Below, one piece after another: positions 37,099 through 47,870 of a DNA stretch of 64,000 nucleotides (position 1 is the first letter of the stretch; each line of letters begins with the position of its first letter). The notes under the pieces were generated by a model, which was not told the DNA's origin, did no database searches, and saw nothing but the letters and a program-made list of their open reading frames with translations. The translations under genes were made by a program, and so were the position numbers. Origin of the DNA: Thermoproteota archaeon (GTDB lineage: Archaea > Korarchaeota > Korarchaeia > Korarchaeales > Korarchaeaceae); contig JALSOH010000006.1 of the NCBI GenBank assembly GCA_026986575.1, forward strand, positions 192,001 through 256,000, given 5' to 3'.

Positions 37099-38270
37099 GC
37101 GAGCTCTCCCCTCAGGTAGACCCTCTCCACCATCCAGCCCATCTCCCTGAACGGAGTGAACCTCGCCTTGGTGTAGAGGTAGTCCTCCCTCACCGTCCAC
37201 AGTTCTTTCCTAAGGACAACTAGATCAGCAGAGCTGCCCGGCGCTATTTTCCCCCTTCTCAGCCCTAGGTGGGCCGCTGGCCTTGAGCTATACATGTCGA
37301 TCACCTCGGCCGGGAGCACCCCCTCCCCCACTAGGGTCATGAGCAGGGGGGCCATCAAGTCGAGCCAGGGGATCCCGGGAGGCATCTCCTCGTAGGGTCT
37401 TGACTTCTCCTCAGGGCTGTGAGGTGCGTGATCCGTGACTAGGAAGTCCGCCATCCCAGCATGGACCATGCGCCTGAGCTCCTCCATCACGGGCTTGGAC
37501 CTGAGCGGTGGATTGACCTTGGCCAAGGACCTTAGAGCAGGTGAGTCCTCGATGCTGTAGAGGATGTGGTGCGGCGTGACCTCGGCGCTCGCATTCACGC
37601 CCCTCACCTTGGCCTCCTGCACCAGCCTCAGGGTTGTAGGAAGGGTGGAATGGGCTATCCTGACCTTGGTGCCGTGCCTCTCGGCCAGCCAGAGGACCCT
37701 CCTCACCGCCACCTCCTCCGCCAGCTCCGGGTGCGCCCTCCAGTGGTCCTCCACCTTCTTAGGTTTTTCCGCCTCCTCGAGGATGAGGGGATCCTCAGCG
37801 TGGACCACCACAACCTTTCCCAGCTTCGAAGCCCTCGAAAACACCTCATTAAGGTCGTTCATCAGATCAGAGGGGAAGAGCTTCATCCCTACCACGTAGC
37901 TCTCATCTGGGAGGAAGGGGTAAGCGGTGTAAAGCATGAAGTCCACGTAGCTCTCCCTGTCAACCTCTTCTAACTTCCTCCTGAGGACTTCCGGATTGTC
38001 CACCCTCGGGACATTGTTCGGCATGTCCACAACGACGGTCACCCCTCCGTGCAATGCGGCGAGAGATTCGGTCCTCCACTCCCCCTTGTGCCTCTGCTCC
38101 AGACCCCTCATATGGACGTGAAGGTCCACGAAACCTGGGAGTATGACTCCAACGCTTGTGCAGGGACTGTCGACCTTTCTGGAGATCCTGAGAATGGTGG
38201 ACTCGAACTCGACACAGACCTCCTCAAATCCCAAGGAGGGCAGATATGCGAGGCCACACAGACATGTCAT
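37050..38270 (-). CDS. pyrC: Dihydroorotase
   Basis: DLHVHMR, DMPN, HAED, KVNPPLR and TDHAPH; located in the pyr operon. Confidence 0.92.
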   Translation of the reverse strand: MTCLCGLAYLPSLGFEEVCVEFESTILRISRKVDSPCTSVGVILPGFVDLHVHMRGLEQRHKGEWRTESLAALHGGVTVVVDMPNNVPRVDNPEVLRRKLEEVDRESYVDFMLYTAYPFLPDESYVVGMKLFPSDLMNDLNEVFSRASKLGKVVVVHAEDPLILEEAEKPKKVEDHWRAHPELAEEVAVRRVLWLAERHGTKVRIAHSTLPTTLRLVQEAKVRGVNASAEVTPHHILYSIEDSPALRSLAKVNPPLRSKPVMEELRRMVHAGMADFLVTDHAPHSPEEKSRPYEEMPPGIPWLDLMAPLLMTLVGEGVLPAEVIDMYSSRPAAHLGLRRGKIAPGSSADLVVLRKELWTVREDYLYTKARFTPFREMGWMVERVYLRGELAYDGGPVVGEGFGSPA

Positions 38271-38289
38271 CTCTTAACACCCCACCAAG

Positions 38290-39096
38290 TCATCTGGAGA
38301 GAGCTCCCAGCGGGACCCTCCTGCCGTCGAAATCCCTCCAGTACTTCCCGAAGTCCTCAGAGGCCATCAATATCGAGCCGTCGAAGACGGGACCGTCCCT
38401 GCACACGAGGAGGCCCTGTGGCTCTAGGACACATGCTCCGCAGAGCCCTACAGCGCATCTGATCAGCCTCTCTAGGGACGCCTCCACCCCTATGCCCCTT
38501 TTCACTGCCTCGGACACCATCTTCACCATCATCGCCTCTGGCCCGGCGGTGTAAACGAAATCCAATCCCTCATAGTCGATGTGTTCCGTGATGAACCCGC
38601 TGAGCCCGTAGGATCCATCGTCCGTGCTCACCACGAGCTTGTTCGAGAGCTCCCTCATGAGGTCCTCAAGCATCACCTCCTCCGCGTTCCTGAATCCAGC
38701 GTAGAACTCGATCCTCACTCCCTCCCTGCTCCTGAGCGCGCCAGCCAAGTTTATGAGGGGGGCTATGCCGTAGCCCCCTCCCACGAGAGCGACCTTTCCT
38801 TCAACTTCTGTGGTGAAGCCCCTACCGTAGGGTCCCCTTATCCAGAGCCTGTCCCCAGCTTCGAGGGAGTGGATGGCCGAGCTCACTCTACCCACTCTGG
38901 CCATCAGCAGCCAGGTCTCCCCGCTCCCCTCTCTGGCCACGCTGACTGGTATCTCTCCTACCTTGGGGACCCAGACCATCACGTACTGACCGGGTCTCGC
39001 CCCTACCTCGCCCTCCAGCACGATCTTCCTCACTCTTGGGGTGAGGGGCTCACTCTCAATTATTGTATGGGGCCTATGTCCCGGCGAGCTGCGCAA
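38290..39096 (-). CDS. pyrK: Dihydroorotate dehydrogenase electron-transfer subunit
   Basis: [19 protein letters not shown] and C..G.CG.C...C.DGPVF. Confidence 0.9.
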   Translation of the reverse strand: MRSSPGHRPHTIIESEPLTPRVRKIVLEGEVGARPGQYVMVWVPKVGEIPVSVAREGSGETWLLMARVGRVSSAIHSLEAGDRLWIRGPYGRGFTTEVEGKVALVGGGYGIAPLINLAGALRSREGVRIEFYAGFRNAEEVMLEDLMRELSNKLVVSTDDGSYGLSGFITEHIDYEGLDFVYTAGPEAMMVKMVSEAVKRGIGVEASLERLIRCAVGLCGACVLEPQGLLVCRDGPVFDGSILMASEDFGKYWRDFDGRRVPLGALSR

Positions 39097-39547
39097 TGAC
39101 CTCTTCCTCCGTCAGGTACTCGCCGCAGTACTCGCAAACGAGCTTGAGGGGCTTCCTCGATATCACCCTGAACGATGGATGAACCGCCTCTCTCGGAGCG
39201 TTAGTGACGCACTTGGGGTTGACGCATCTCACTATCCCCTCTATCTTATCGGGGAGCTCCACCTTCCTCTTCTCCACCACCTCGTAATCCCTCACTATGT
39301 TGATCGTGGCAGTAGGTGCTACTAGCGCTATCTTGTTCACCTCCTCACTGCTGAGCTCCCTTCCCTCGACCTTCACGATGTCCTTCTTCCCCAGCTTCTT
39401 GCTGTAAACGTTCATCACCATGGAGACCATGTAGCCCTCCTCTCCCGTGATCCCCAAGATGCGTAGGACCTTGAGGGCCCTCCCGGCGGGGATGTGATCT
39501 ATCACGGTCCCGTTGCTTATCCTCCTGACCACCAACTCCTCACTCAT
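39074..39547 (-). CDS. pyrI: Aspartate carbamoyltransferase regulatory chain
   Basis: [19 protein letters not shown] and C.YC. Confidence 0.97.
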   Translation of the reverse strand: MSEELVVRRISNGTVIDHIPAGRALKVLRILGITGEEGYMVSMVMNVYSKKLGKKDIVKVEGRELSSEEVNKIALVAPTATINIVRDYEVVEKRKVELPDKIEGIVRCVNPKCVTNAPREAVHPSFRVISRKPLKLVCEYCGEYLTEEEVIAQLAGT

Positions 39548-40434
39548 GGTATCACCTCCCTCAACAGGGCCATCCTGATGGGAACCCCGTAAGCGGCCTG
39601 CTTGAAGTAGCGGGCGTGGGGCGTGGAGTCCACGTCCAGAGCAATCTCATCCACCCTCGGGAGGGGATGCAGGATTATCATATCCTCTTTAGCGTTCTTG
39701 AGCAGGGCGGCATCGATCCTGTAGCTCCCCTTGACCCTCTCGTACTCAGCCGGGTCGGGGAACCTCTCCTTCTGTATCCTAGTCACATAGAGGACATCCA
39801 GTTCCGGTAGCACCTCCTCCAAGTCAGCGAACTCCCAAGGCATCTTCAACGTGTCTAGGAGCTCCTCCTTAGGGCGTAAGCTCTCAGGAGCTATCAGATA
39901 CACCTTCTTAGGTGAGTATAGGTTCAGCACTCTAAGGAAGCTGCCTGAGGCTCTCCCGTACCTAAGATCTCCCAAGATCCCGTACACCAAATTATCTATC
40001 ACCTTTTTCTCCCTCCATACCGTATAAAGGTCTATCATGGCCTGAGTGGGGTGCCTCTTTGACCCGTCCCCAGCGTTTATCACCGGGGCCTCGGCCAGCT
40101 CCGCAGCCAGCTTGGCAGCCCCCTCCAGACTGTGCCTCACGACTATCACATCAGCGTACGCGTCGAGCATCCTTATAGTGTCGGAGAAGGTCTCTCCCTT
40201 AGCTATTGAGGTGCCCTGAACGGCATCGAATCCTATATACCCGCCTCCCAGCCTTAGGGTAGCGGTCTCGAAGCTGAGCCTCGTCCTAGTACTGGGTTCG
40301 AAGAAGGCAAGGGCCACCACCTTCCCCTTCAGCTCGTCCCCCTCGAACTTGGAGGAGGCTATCCTGAACAGCCTCTCCAGCTCATTACGGGTGAAATCTA
40401 GTATGGAAAGAACATCCTTCCCACTAAAACTCAA
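39544..40434 (-). CDS. pyrB: Aspartate carbamoyltransferase catalytic chain
   Basis: [18 protein letters not shown] and HPLPR. Confidence 0.97.
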   Translation of the reverse strand: MSFSGKDVLSILDFTRNELERLFRIASSKFEGDELKGKVVALAFFEPSTRTRLSFETATLRLGGGYIGFDAVQGTSIAKGETFSDTIRMLDAYADVIVVRHSLEGAAKLAAELAEAPVINAGDGSKRHPTQAMIDLYTVWREKKVIDNLVYGILGDLRYGRASGSFLRVLNLYSPKKVYLIAPESLRPKEELLDTLKMPWEFADLEEVLPELDVLYVTRIQKERFPDPAEYERVKGSYRIDAALLKNAKEDMIILHPLPRVDEIALDVDSTPHARYFKQAAYGVPIRMALLREVIP

Positions 40435-41012
40435 TATCCCACCTCTTCAAGGTAGATCTCCGCGTATTTCCTCTCCTCGGGGGAGAGATCCGGGAGAACA
40501 GACCTGACTATATCGGGGAGGGTCGCGATACTCCTCAACTCTACATCCAACTCTTTCAAGGACTCCCTCGCACCCTGAAGCCTGTCCACCACGACCCAGG
40601 CCTCTTTGACCGCAGCTCCCGCCTCCCTGACCGCCTCAACGGCCCTCCTAAGTGACCCACCCGTGGTGGCCACATCGTCTATCACCACGTACTCCCGCTC
40701 GCTCACCACCCCTTCCATCCTGCTCATCGTCCCGTGTTCCTTCCTCTCCTTCCTGATGTAGATTAGGGGCCTAGAGGTCAGCATGGCCACTGCTGTAGCT
40801 AGAGGTAGGCCCCCGACCGCGACTCCGCATATCCCACCATCCCCTATCCTCCCTGCCAGCTCCTCTGAGATCGCCTTGAACTCTTTCGGGAATGAGGGAA
40901 GGGGCCTCAGATCTACGTAGATGGTGCTCCTCCGGCCGGAGGTTAGCAGAAAGTCTCCGAACTTGAGCATGCCCCTACTCACTAGGATTAGTCCTAACTC
41001 AGCGCTTTCCAT
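40431..41012 (-). CDS. pyrE: Orotate phosphoribosyltransferase
   Basis: [15 protein letters not shown] and [10 protein letters not shown]. Confidence 0.95.
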   Translation of the reverse strand: MESAELGLILVSRGMLKFGDFLLTSGRRSTIYVDLRPLPSFPKEFKAISEELAGRIGDGGICGVAVGGLPLATAVAMLTSRPLIYIRKERKEHGTMSRMEGVVSEREYVVIDDVATTGGSLRRAVEAVREAGAAVKEAWVVVDRLQGARESLKELDVELRSIATLPDIVRSVLPDLSPEERKYAEIYLEEVGY

Positions 41013-41622
41013 TAAGGATCACCCTCTGAGCCTCCACCACACTCCTTGCGGCCTTAACAGGATTTTCGCTCCTCAGAATGGATCTGCCCACTATCTCGAA
41101 GCTCGCACCGGCCTCCAAGGCAGATCCCGGCTTGGCACCCTGAAAGCCTATACCTGGGGAGAAGATCTGGACGTCGGGAAGCCGTCTCCTCGCCTCTCTG
41201 ATCATCTCCGGTCTAGTAGCCCCGACGACGATGCCCATGACGTTGAGTAGCCTCGCTTCCTCCAGCAGCTTGATGAAGTTCTCCCTGATGAGTTTAGCTT
41301 GGGGATGGCTCATGCCCGCCACTCCGATTAATTCCAATTCAGTCTCGTACCTCCTGTGCCCTGTGAACAGGTGTATTATAGCGGCGTCCATGCCCATCTC
41401 CCTGAACCTGTCTAGGATGTGCTCGACCACGTCAGGTATATCTGCTAGTTTGAAATCTGCGATCCAGTAGTAGTGCTCGTGCCTGCTTGCTAGCTCCTCT
41501 ATTCCCTCCCATCCGATGGTCAGTGCTAGGGGAAAACCCACCTTCACGCCCACCACGTAGTCCCTCAGCCCATTAAGGAGCCCATCCAAGTCTCCAGATG
41601 GGAAGTCTAACGCGAGAATCAA
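40999..41622 (-). CDS. pyrF: Orotidine 5'-phosphate decarboxylase
   Basis: ILALD, DFKLADIP, PGIG.QG and IVGRSI; the true start may lie further upstream. Confidence 0.93.
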   Translation of the reverse strand: MILALDFPSGDLDGLLNGLRDYVVGVKVGFPLALTIGWEGIEELASRHEHYYWIADFKLADIPDVVEHILDRFREMGMDAAIIHLFTGHRRYETELELIGVAGMSHPQAKLIRENFIKLLEEARLLNVMGIVVGATRPEMIREARRRLPDVQIFSPGIGFQGAKPGSALEAGASFEIVGRSILRSENPVKAARSVVEAQRVILNGKR

Positions 41623-41729
41623 CCGGGAGTCCAGAAAAGAGGATCTCTCGACGAGCTTGTTCCCTATTGGAACCCTTCCTTAGGTCCTCCTCCTAACTAT
41701 ATAAGTTGATGGGGGTTATGCCATCTCCG

Positions 41730-43028
41730 TCACAGGGAGAGGAGATCCTCCAAAGCTGGCGTGGGAACGGTCATCTCCCTCTCCGGCCCAACCCCAATCA
41801 TGACGGCCTTCGCATTCACCTCTTTCTCCACGAATTCCACGTAGGCCTTCACCTCCTCGGGGAAGGAGTCCCAGCCCTCTCTGACGAGCTCGCTCCAGTC
41901 CTCCACTCTCCAGCCGTCGAGCTCCTCGTACACTGGCTTCGCCCTTTCAAGGGCTTCCACGTACGGGGGAGCTACTTGGTACTCCTCACCATCTATCTCA
42001 TAAGCCACGGCCACTTTCACCTTGTTGAGACCCGAGAGGACATCCACTTTCCTTATGGCTAGGTAGCCTATCCCGTTGATCAGGGCCGAGTACCTCAGCA
42101 TGGGCAAATCTAGCCAGCCTACCCTGCGGGGCCTTCCTGTGGTGGTGCCGTATTCTCCTCCCTTGTCCCTGATGTACTTAGCTAGGTCTCCAGCCAGCTC
42201 CGTGGGAAAGGGCCCCTTTCCCACCCTGGTGGTGTAGGCCTTGCTGACCCCGACCACGGCATCTATGGCGAGAGGACTGACCCCCACCCCCGTGCACGCC
42301 CCACCAGCGATCGCATTGGAGGAGGTCACAAAGGGGTAGGTACCGTGATCTACATCCAGCATTGTGCCCTGCGCTCCCTCGAAGAGGACGAACTTTCCCT
42401 CGGCTATGGCCGCGTTGACCTCTAAGTGGTCGTCGCCCACAAATGGCTCCAATACCTCCCTCCAGCCTTCAGCCCTTTCGATCAGCTGCTCATAATATTC
42501 GTCTAAATCGCCCATGAGCACCCCAGCTCTCCTCAACTCCTCCTCCTTGATCTCGAGGACCTCCCTCAGCCTCTTGGGGAAGTTAGAGCTGAAGAGATCA
42601 CTGACCTTCAGTCCGGAGACCCTAGCCATCTTGTCTTGGTAGGCCGGACCTATCCCCCTCTTGGTCGTGCCAAGTTTACCTCCAGCCAGCGCGGCGTCAA
42701 GCTCCTTGTGATAGGGAAGGAGAAGCGTGGCCTTCAAGGATATTAGCACATCAATCCCCTTCCCCCTAGATCTGAGGTCCTCGAGCTCCCGTATGAATAC
42801 CTCCGGATCGAAGGCCACTCCGGCGCCGAGGACCCCTCTCTTACTCCTTACGACGCTGGAGGGCATCAAGTGAAGTTTGTACTTCTGCCCCTCAGCCACA
42901 ACCGTGTGTCCCGCGTTGCTACCCCCGTTGTACCTGACGACGAGATCGGCCCACTCCGCTAAGTAATCCACCACGGCACCCTTGCTTTCGTCACCGAACT
43001 GCATGCCCACGACAATCACAGCAGGCAT
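41730..43028 (-). CDS. purA: Adenylosuccinate synthetase
   Basis: QFGDESKG, NAGHT, EGAQG, GTYPFVTSS and GTTTGRPRR. Confidence 0.97.
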   Translation of the reverse strand: MPAVIVVGMQFGDESKGAVVDYLAEWADLVVRYNGGSNAGHTVVAEGQKYKLHLMPSSVVRSKRGVLGAGVAFDPEVFIRELEDLRSRGKGIDVLISLKATLLLPYHKELDAALAGGKLGTTKRGIGPAYQDKMARVSGLKVSDLFSSNFPKRLREVLEIKEEELRRAGVLMGDLDEYYEQLIERAEGWREVLEPFVGDDHLEVNAAIAEGKFVLFEGAQGTMLDVDHGTYPFVTSSNAIAGGACTGVGVSPLAIDAVVGVSKAYTTRVGKGPFPTELAGDLAKYIRDKGGEYGTTTGRPRRVGWLDLPMLRYSALINGIGYLAIRKVDVLSGLNKVKVAVAYEIDGEEYQVAPPYVEALERAKPVYEELDGWRVEDWSELVREGWDSFPEEVKAYVEFVEKEVNAKAVMIGVGPEREMTVPTPALEDLLSL

Positions 43029-43209
43029 CTGCCATTACCTATCCGCGGGACCGAGATTAGATATAACTGTAGGGTCGGTTTAACCTCTACATTACCTTAC
43101 GCCTCAGGGAGAATCCTACGGATAGTCCCTCATAATTTCCCTTCAAGCCCACGGAGGGAGGCTATTTGAGATTGAGCGCAAAGAGGGAAGTATTGTGGGG
43201 AAGGGAAAC

Positions 43210-45078
43210 TCACTCCAAGAGCTCGCTGATCTCCAAGACCTCAAAACCCTCTAAGTTCATCCCTTTGGAAGCGTCGTTGAGCATAGCGTAGCAGAACGGG
43301 CACGCCACAACTACAGCCTTTGCCCCGGCTTCTAGAGCTTCCTTCACCCTCTCCTTAGCCATGGTCCCCTCTCCGGTCTGGTACCAATAGTTAGCGCCTC
43401 CCGCACCACAGCAGAAGGTGTTCACGCCGTGTCTGCCCATCTCTCTGAACCCATCGACCCTACTCAGTATTTCCCTAGGCTCCTCTACTACCGAATTGAA
43501 TCTGGAGAGATTGCACGGATCGTGGAATGTCAGTTCTCCGCTGCGACTTACCTTTAACCGTCCCTCTCTCACCAGCTTAGCCAGCAGCTCCACGTGCGAG
43601 ACCACTTCCACATCCCAGTCCTCGACGACTTTGGGATACTCGTGCCTGAACACGGTGAGGCCGTGCGGGCAGAGAACTAGGAGCCTCTTCACTCCTAGTT
43701 CCTTGAAGAGCTCGGCATTGGTGAGGGCGAACTCTTGGAACATGCCCTCCTCTCCTAACCTCCTAGCAGGCTCGCCGCAGCAAGTCTCCATCTCCCCGAA
43801 GATCGCAATCCTGATGCCCGCCTTCCTCAACAAGTCCACGAGCTTAGAAACAACTCTCTTACCCACGGGATCGAAGGAGTACTGGCAGCCCACCCACAAG
43901 TAGTAGTCGGGATCGTCGTCGCTCTCGATCCAGCTCAGCCTCCCTCTCTGCGGAACGGAGAGGGAGTTGTGGTACCTCCTCAGCCCGTTCAGCAGCTCAC
44001 CCATCTTCTTGTCTATCCTGCCCTCCGCCACGAGAGAGCGCCTCCTCTCCATGAGGAAGGTGAACGGGCTTATATAATTCGGGCAGGCCGTCGAGCAGGC
44101 TCCGCAGGAGACACATGACCAGACAGCATCCTCAGCCAGCTCGTAAGTGCCTCCCAGCAGTGAGACCTTTAACCCCTGAACCACATCCTTTGGTGAGAGG
44201 GGCCTGCCCGTCAGGTTAGCGGGGCAAGAGTCAGTACACCTCCCACACTTCACGCAGGCGGCAAGCATATACTTCTCGTACCACGGAAGTTCAGAGGCCT
44301 CCTCGAAACCCAGCTTAATCTCCTCGACATCCTCCAACTCCTGCAGCCTGAACGGTTCCTTTGGAAATCTGACGATCTCCTCCTCCAAGGAGGAGGTGAG
44401 GAGGGCGGTGAGGGAGTGGAGCAGGTTACTGTAGGGCAGATAGGCCACCATCGAGAAAGCTAGGAGGGCGTGACTCCACCACAGGACAGTGTAGAATGGG
44501 AGTATGAGGGGACCGACAGTTCCAGAGAGCAGGTAGCCTACGAGCGAGTAGTGACTGGCAGCGTTGGGTTGAGCATAGATCCTAGTCGATTCTAGGAAGA
44601 AACCCGTCACTCCTATATAGAGGAGCCCCAGCAGGAGGATCTTTCCCTCTCTATCCCTGGTGGGAAAGAATGAAAGGGCTCCAATTAAGAAGAGGACGCC
44701 GAAACTATCCATTATCAGCTCGAAGGCCGAGTAAGTCCCGTCGAAGAGTATTCTGACACCGAGGTGCTCAAGGATGTCCGTCTCGAGAAACACCGTGAGT
44801 GTGCCTAGAAACAGGACGAGGGTCCCAGCGAAGAGAAGCGCGTGAAAAAACCCTCTATCTATCTCCAGCACTCTCTTCTGGGATAAGACCCTTATCAGGC
44901 CCCTTCGAAGCTTTCTGAGGTCAACCTCCTTCAACGCCCTGACCAGCTCGAATTTCCTCGAGATCCTCCAGAGGCCGTACAGGAAGATTAGCGCAAACGG
45001 TATGAGAATCGAATACATGACTATGGGGGTCCAGCTCGGGAGGAGGGGGAAACTCTCCCTCACGACCAAGGGTAACAC
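43210..45078 (-). CDS. Membrane-bound Fe-S oxidoreductase (NarI-like TM domain + 2x4Fe-4S + two CCG domains; FadF/HdrD-like)
   Basis: TM helices with His residues, CxxCGRCxxxCP, CxxCGACxxxCP, ETCCG, HDPC, FCCGAGG and ACPFC. Confidence 0.88.
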   Translation of the reverse strand: MLPLVVRESFPLLPSWTPIVMYSILIPFALIFLYGLWRISRKFELVRALKEVDLRKLRRGLIRVLSQKRVLEIDRGFFHALLFAGTLVLFLGTLTVFLETDILEHLGVRILFDGTYSAFELIMDSFGVLFLIGALSFFPTRDREGKILLLGLLYIGVTGFFLESTRIYAQPNAASHYSLVGYLLSGTVGPLILPFYTVLWWSHALLAFSMVAYLPYSNLLHSLTALLTSSLEEEIVRFPKEPFRLQELEDVEEIKLGFEEASELPWYEKYMLAACVKCGRCTDSCPANLTGRPLSPKDVVQGLKVSLLGGTYELAEDAVWSCVSCGACSTACPNYISPFTFLMERRRSLVAEGRIDKKMGELLNGLRRYHNSLSVPQRGRLSWIESDDDPDYYLWVGCQYSFDPVGKRVVSKLVDLLRKAGIRIAIFGEMETCCGEPARRLGEEGMFQEFALTNAELFKELGVKRLLVLCPHGLTVFRHEYPKVVEDWDVEVVSHVELLAKLVREGRLKVSRSGELTFHDPCNLSRFNSVVEEPREILSRVDGFREMGRHGVNTFCCGAGGANYWYQTGEGTMAKERVKEALEAGAKAVVVACPFCYAMLNDASKGMNLEGFEVLEISELLE

Positions 45079-45139
45079 CGTTTTACCAAATCAGGATAAC
45101 TTTTTCATTTTTTCCTTCGTGAGAACAGGGTGAAGCTCC

Positions 45140-46411
45140 TTGGAGGCTGATGTGCTCGTTGTAGGGGCCGGTATCCTAGGACTGGCTACCGCTTATCACG
45201 TTTTGAGTAGAGATCCAGAAGCTAACGTTTTAGTTGTCGATAGGATGGGAGATGTGGGCCAGGGAGCTACAGCAAAGAGTGCCGCTGGCTTTAGGGCCGG
45301 ACTCTTCACTTCATCAACTAACAGGCTCCTGTCAGACACATCCGTTGACTTCTATCTCCACATACAGAGGGAGGAAGGTTATGACTTAGGGATGGAGCTA
45401 GTGGGCTATCTCATACTGAGGACCAAGGAACAGTTCGAGGAAATAGCTGACGTGGCCCACGCGCTGGAGAAGAGGGGGACTCTGAAGATCTACAGGAAGG
45501 CCGAGCTGAAGAAGATGCTCGAGATGAACTACGAGTTCGACGGGGACGAGGAGGCCGAGATATTGGGGGTGAAGAACGTGGATTATGGGCTGTTCGGTGT
45601 TAAGTGCGGTTACATAGATGCTGACAAGCTGGCCTACTATTACAGGGACAGGATCAAAGAGATGGGAGGGAACTTCCAGTTCAACACGAAAGTAGAGAGG
45701 ATAATAGTGGAACCGGAGATCAAGCTCGGGATCCCTAGAGAGCCCAGAGCTTGGCAGAAGGTAAGGTTTGCAGGCGTGGAGACGAACAAAGGTACTTTGA
45801 AGGCGGAGAAACTCGTGATAGCTGCTGGCGGTTGGACCCACCTCCTGCTCGATCCCTTAGGCATAGACTGCATCTCCAAACCGAAGAAGAGGCAGATATT
45901 CACCTTCAGGCCTAGGACCGAGGCTCAGAAGGCTCTCCTGAACACTAAGGGGTTCAACGATGAGGGCATACTTCCGTTCACATTCCTCCCGACCGGCCAT
46001 TACATAAGGGCCGATAGAAGAGATGGAACCTTCTGGTTCGGGTTCTCGGACGAGATAAGACCCTTCTCTCCAGACGAGGAGCCCGAGGAGAACTACTACT
46101 ACGACAATATCTACCCGATAATGGTCAAGTACTTCCCGCAGCTGGAGGGAGCTAGGGTGGACAACATGTGGGCCGGTCTCTACATGCTGAACTCCGTCGA
46201 TCACAACCCCGTGGTTTTCAGGAGGTCCAACATGGTCGTGGCCACCGGAGCCAGCGGGAGCGGGATCCTCAAGGGGGACGCGATCGGCAGGATCGCTGCC
46301 GCTCTACTCTACGGAGAGACCTACGCCGATCTATACGGTGGGGAGAAGATACCCACCAACAAGCTGGAAGTGGTTGGAAGGTCCTTGGAGACGGAGAGCT
46401 TCGTCTTCTGA
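45140..46411 (+). CDS. FAD-dependent oxidoreductase, D-amino-acid oxidase/sarcosine-proline dehydrogenase family
   Basis: GAGILG, AT.KSAAG, AAGGW, WAGLY and SGSGI. Confidence 0.88.
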   Translation: MEADVLVVGAGILGLATAYHVLSRDPEANVLVVDRMGDVGQGATAKSAAGFRAGLFTSSTNRLLSDTSVDFYLHIQREEGYDLGMELVGYLILRTKEQFEEIADVAHALEKRGTLKIYRKAELKKMLEMNYEFDGDEEAEILGVKNVDYGLFGVKCGYIDADKLAYYYRDRIKEMGGNFQFNTKVERIIVEPEIKLGIPREPRAWQKVRFAGVETNKGTLKAEKLVIAAGGWTHLLLDPLGIDCISKPKKRQIFTFRPRTEAQKALLNTKGFNDEGILPFTFLPTGHYIRADRRDGTFWFGFSDEIRPFSPDEEPEENYYYDNIYPIMVKYFPQLEGARVDNMWAGLYMLNSVDHNPVVFRRSNMVVATGASGSGILKGDAIGRIAAALLYGETYADLYGGEKIPTNKLEVVGRSLETESFVF

Positions 46412-46536
46412 TCCTTTATCATCCCTTTTTCATTAGAGAGCTCGCCAAAAACCTTCTATTGGTCGATCGTCCGTTCAACCATCTAAGCGTCCAAACTTTT
46501 AAGCTGAGCCGTCGGGCCCCCACGGAGGTGACCCCC

Positions 46537-47808
46537 TTGGTGGATATACTCGAGAGCCCCCCTGAGTTCAAGAAGCTCAGGCTGCCCGAGGAGGGCGAGA
46601 AGGTAACAGTTAAGGACGGCAAGCTGGTCGTCTCTGATGAACCAATTATCGTATATATAGAGGGCGATGGCATCGGTCCCCAGATCGTGAGTCAGGCCCG
46701 AGCCGTGATGGATGCGGCTATAGAGAAGGCTTACGGGGGTAAGAGGAGGATAGTCTGGTGGGAGGCTTACGCCGGAGAGAAGGCCATGGAGCTCTACGGT
46801 GAATTACTGCCCGAAGATACGGTGCTAGCGATAAGGTACACCGTCCTAGCCCTCAAAGGCCCTCTGACCACTCCTGTGGGCACGGGATTCAGGAGCCTTA
46901 ATGTAGCCCTGAGGAAGAAGCTGGACCTCTACGCCAACATAAGGCCCGTCCAGTACTTTGGTCAGCCCGCCCCTCACTGCCATGCGGATAAAGTGGACTT
47001 CGTAATATTCAGGGAGAACACCGAGGATCTCTACGCGGGGATAGAGTGGACATACGATAGTCCGGAGGCTGAAAAGCTCAGAAAGTTCCTGAGGGAGGAA
47101 CTAGGCGTGGAAATAAGGTCTGACGCTGGCATAGGGATAAAGCCCATCTCCATATTCGGCACCAAAAGGCTCATGAGGAAAGCCATGCGGTACGCGATCG
47201 AGAATAAGAGGAGCCCAGTAACCATCATGCACAAGGGTAATATAATGAAGTACACAGAAGGTGCTTTCAGGAACTGGGCCTATGAGGTCGCGACTGAGGA
47301 GTTCAGGGAGTACGTGGTGACTGAGCAGGAGCTCTGGGAGCAGTACAATGGGGAGATGCCCGAAGGCAAGATATTGGTTAACGACAGGATAGCGGATAAC
47401 ATGCTCCAGCAGATAATAACTAGGCCGTGGGACTACGACATCATAGTGGCCCCGAACGTCAACGGCGATTACATAAGCGACGAGGCAAACGCCCTAGTCG
47501 GCGGGATAGGAATGGCCGCTGGCATGAACGCTGGTGACTACATGGCCCTGGCCGAGCCAGTGCATGGGACCGCTCCCAAATACGCTGGTAAAGATGTAGC
47601 CAATCCGACCGCTGAAATACTCAGCGGCTGCCTCCTGCTCGAGTACATGGGATGGAAAGAAGCTAGTGCTCTCATAAAGGACGCGATAAGGAAGGCGATA
47701 GCGGAGAAGAAGGTCACTCAGGACTTGGCTAGGCACATGCCCGGAGTCCAGCCGTTGAAGGCCAGCGAATACACGCAGGTGCTCATAGATCACATAAAGA
47801 GCGCCTAG
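46537..47808 (+). CDS. icd: Isocitrate dehydrogenase (NADP-type)
   Basis: IEGDGIG, KGPLTTPVG..RSLN, HKGNIMK and HGTAPKYAG; start follows the GGAGGTGA RBS at 46524-46531. Confidence 0.96.
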   Translation: MVDILESPPEFKKLRLPEEGEKVTVKDGKLVVSDEPIIVYIEGDGIGPQIVSQARAVMDAAIEKAYGGKRRIVWWEAYAGEKAMELYGELLPEDTVLAIRYTVLALKGPLTTPVGTGFRSLNVALRKKLDLYANIRPVQYFGQPAPHCHADKVDFVIFRENTEDLYAGIEWTYDSPEAEKLRKFLREELGVEIRSDAGIGIKPISIFGTKRLMRKAMRYAIENKRSPVTIMHKGNIMKYTEGAFRNWAYEVATEEFREYVVTEQELWEQYNGEMPEGKILVNDRIADNMLQQIITRPWDYDIIVAPNVNGDYISDEANALVGGIGMAAGMNAGDYMALAEPVHGTAPKYAGKDVANPTAEILSGCLLLEYMGWKEASALIKDAIRKAIAEKKVTQDLARHMPGVQPLKASEYTQVLIDHIKSA

Positions 47809-47870
47809 ACTAACCTCCCCCTACTTTTCAGCTTGAAACGCTTTTTAAGGCCTTCAAGCGATTATTCCAG

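Noticed and set aside
46168-46536. 123-aa N-terminal extension of Icd in the ORF track
   Set aside because: It overlaps the upstream flavoprotein gene, and a TATA box plus GGAGGTGA RBS point to a start at 46537/46540
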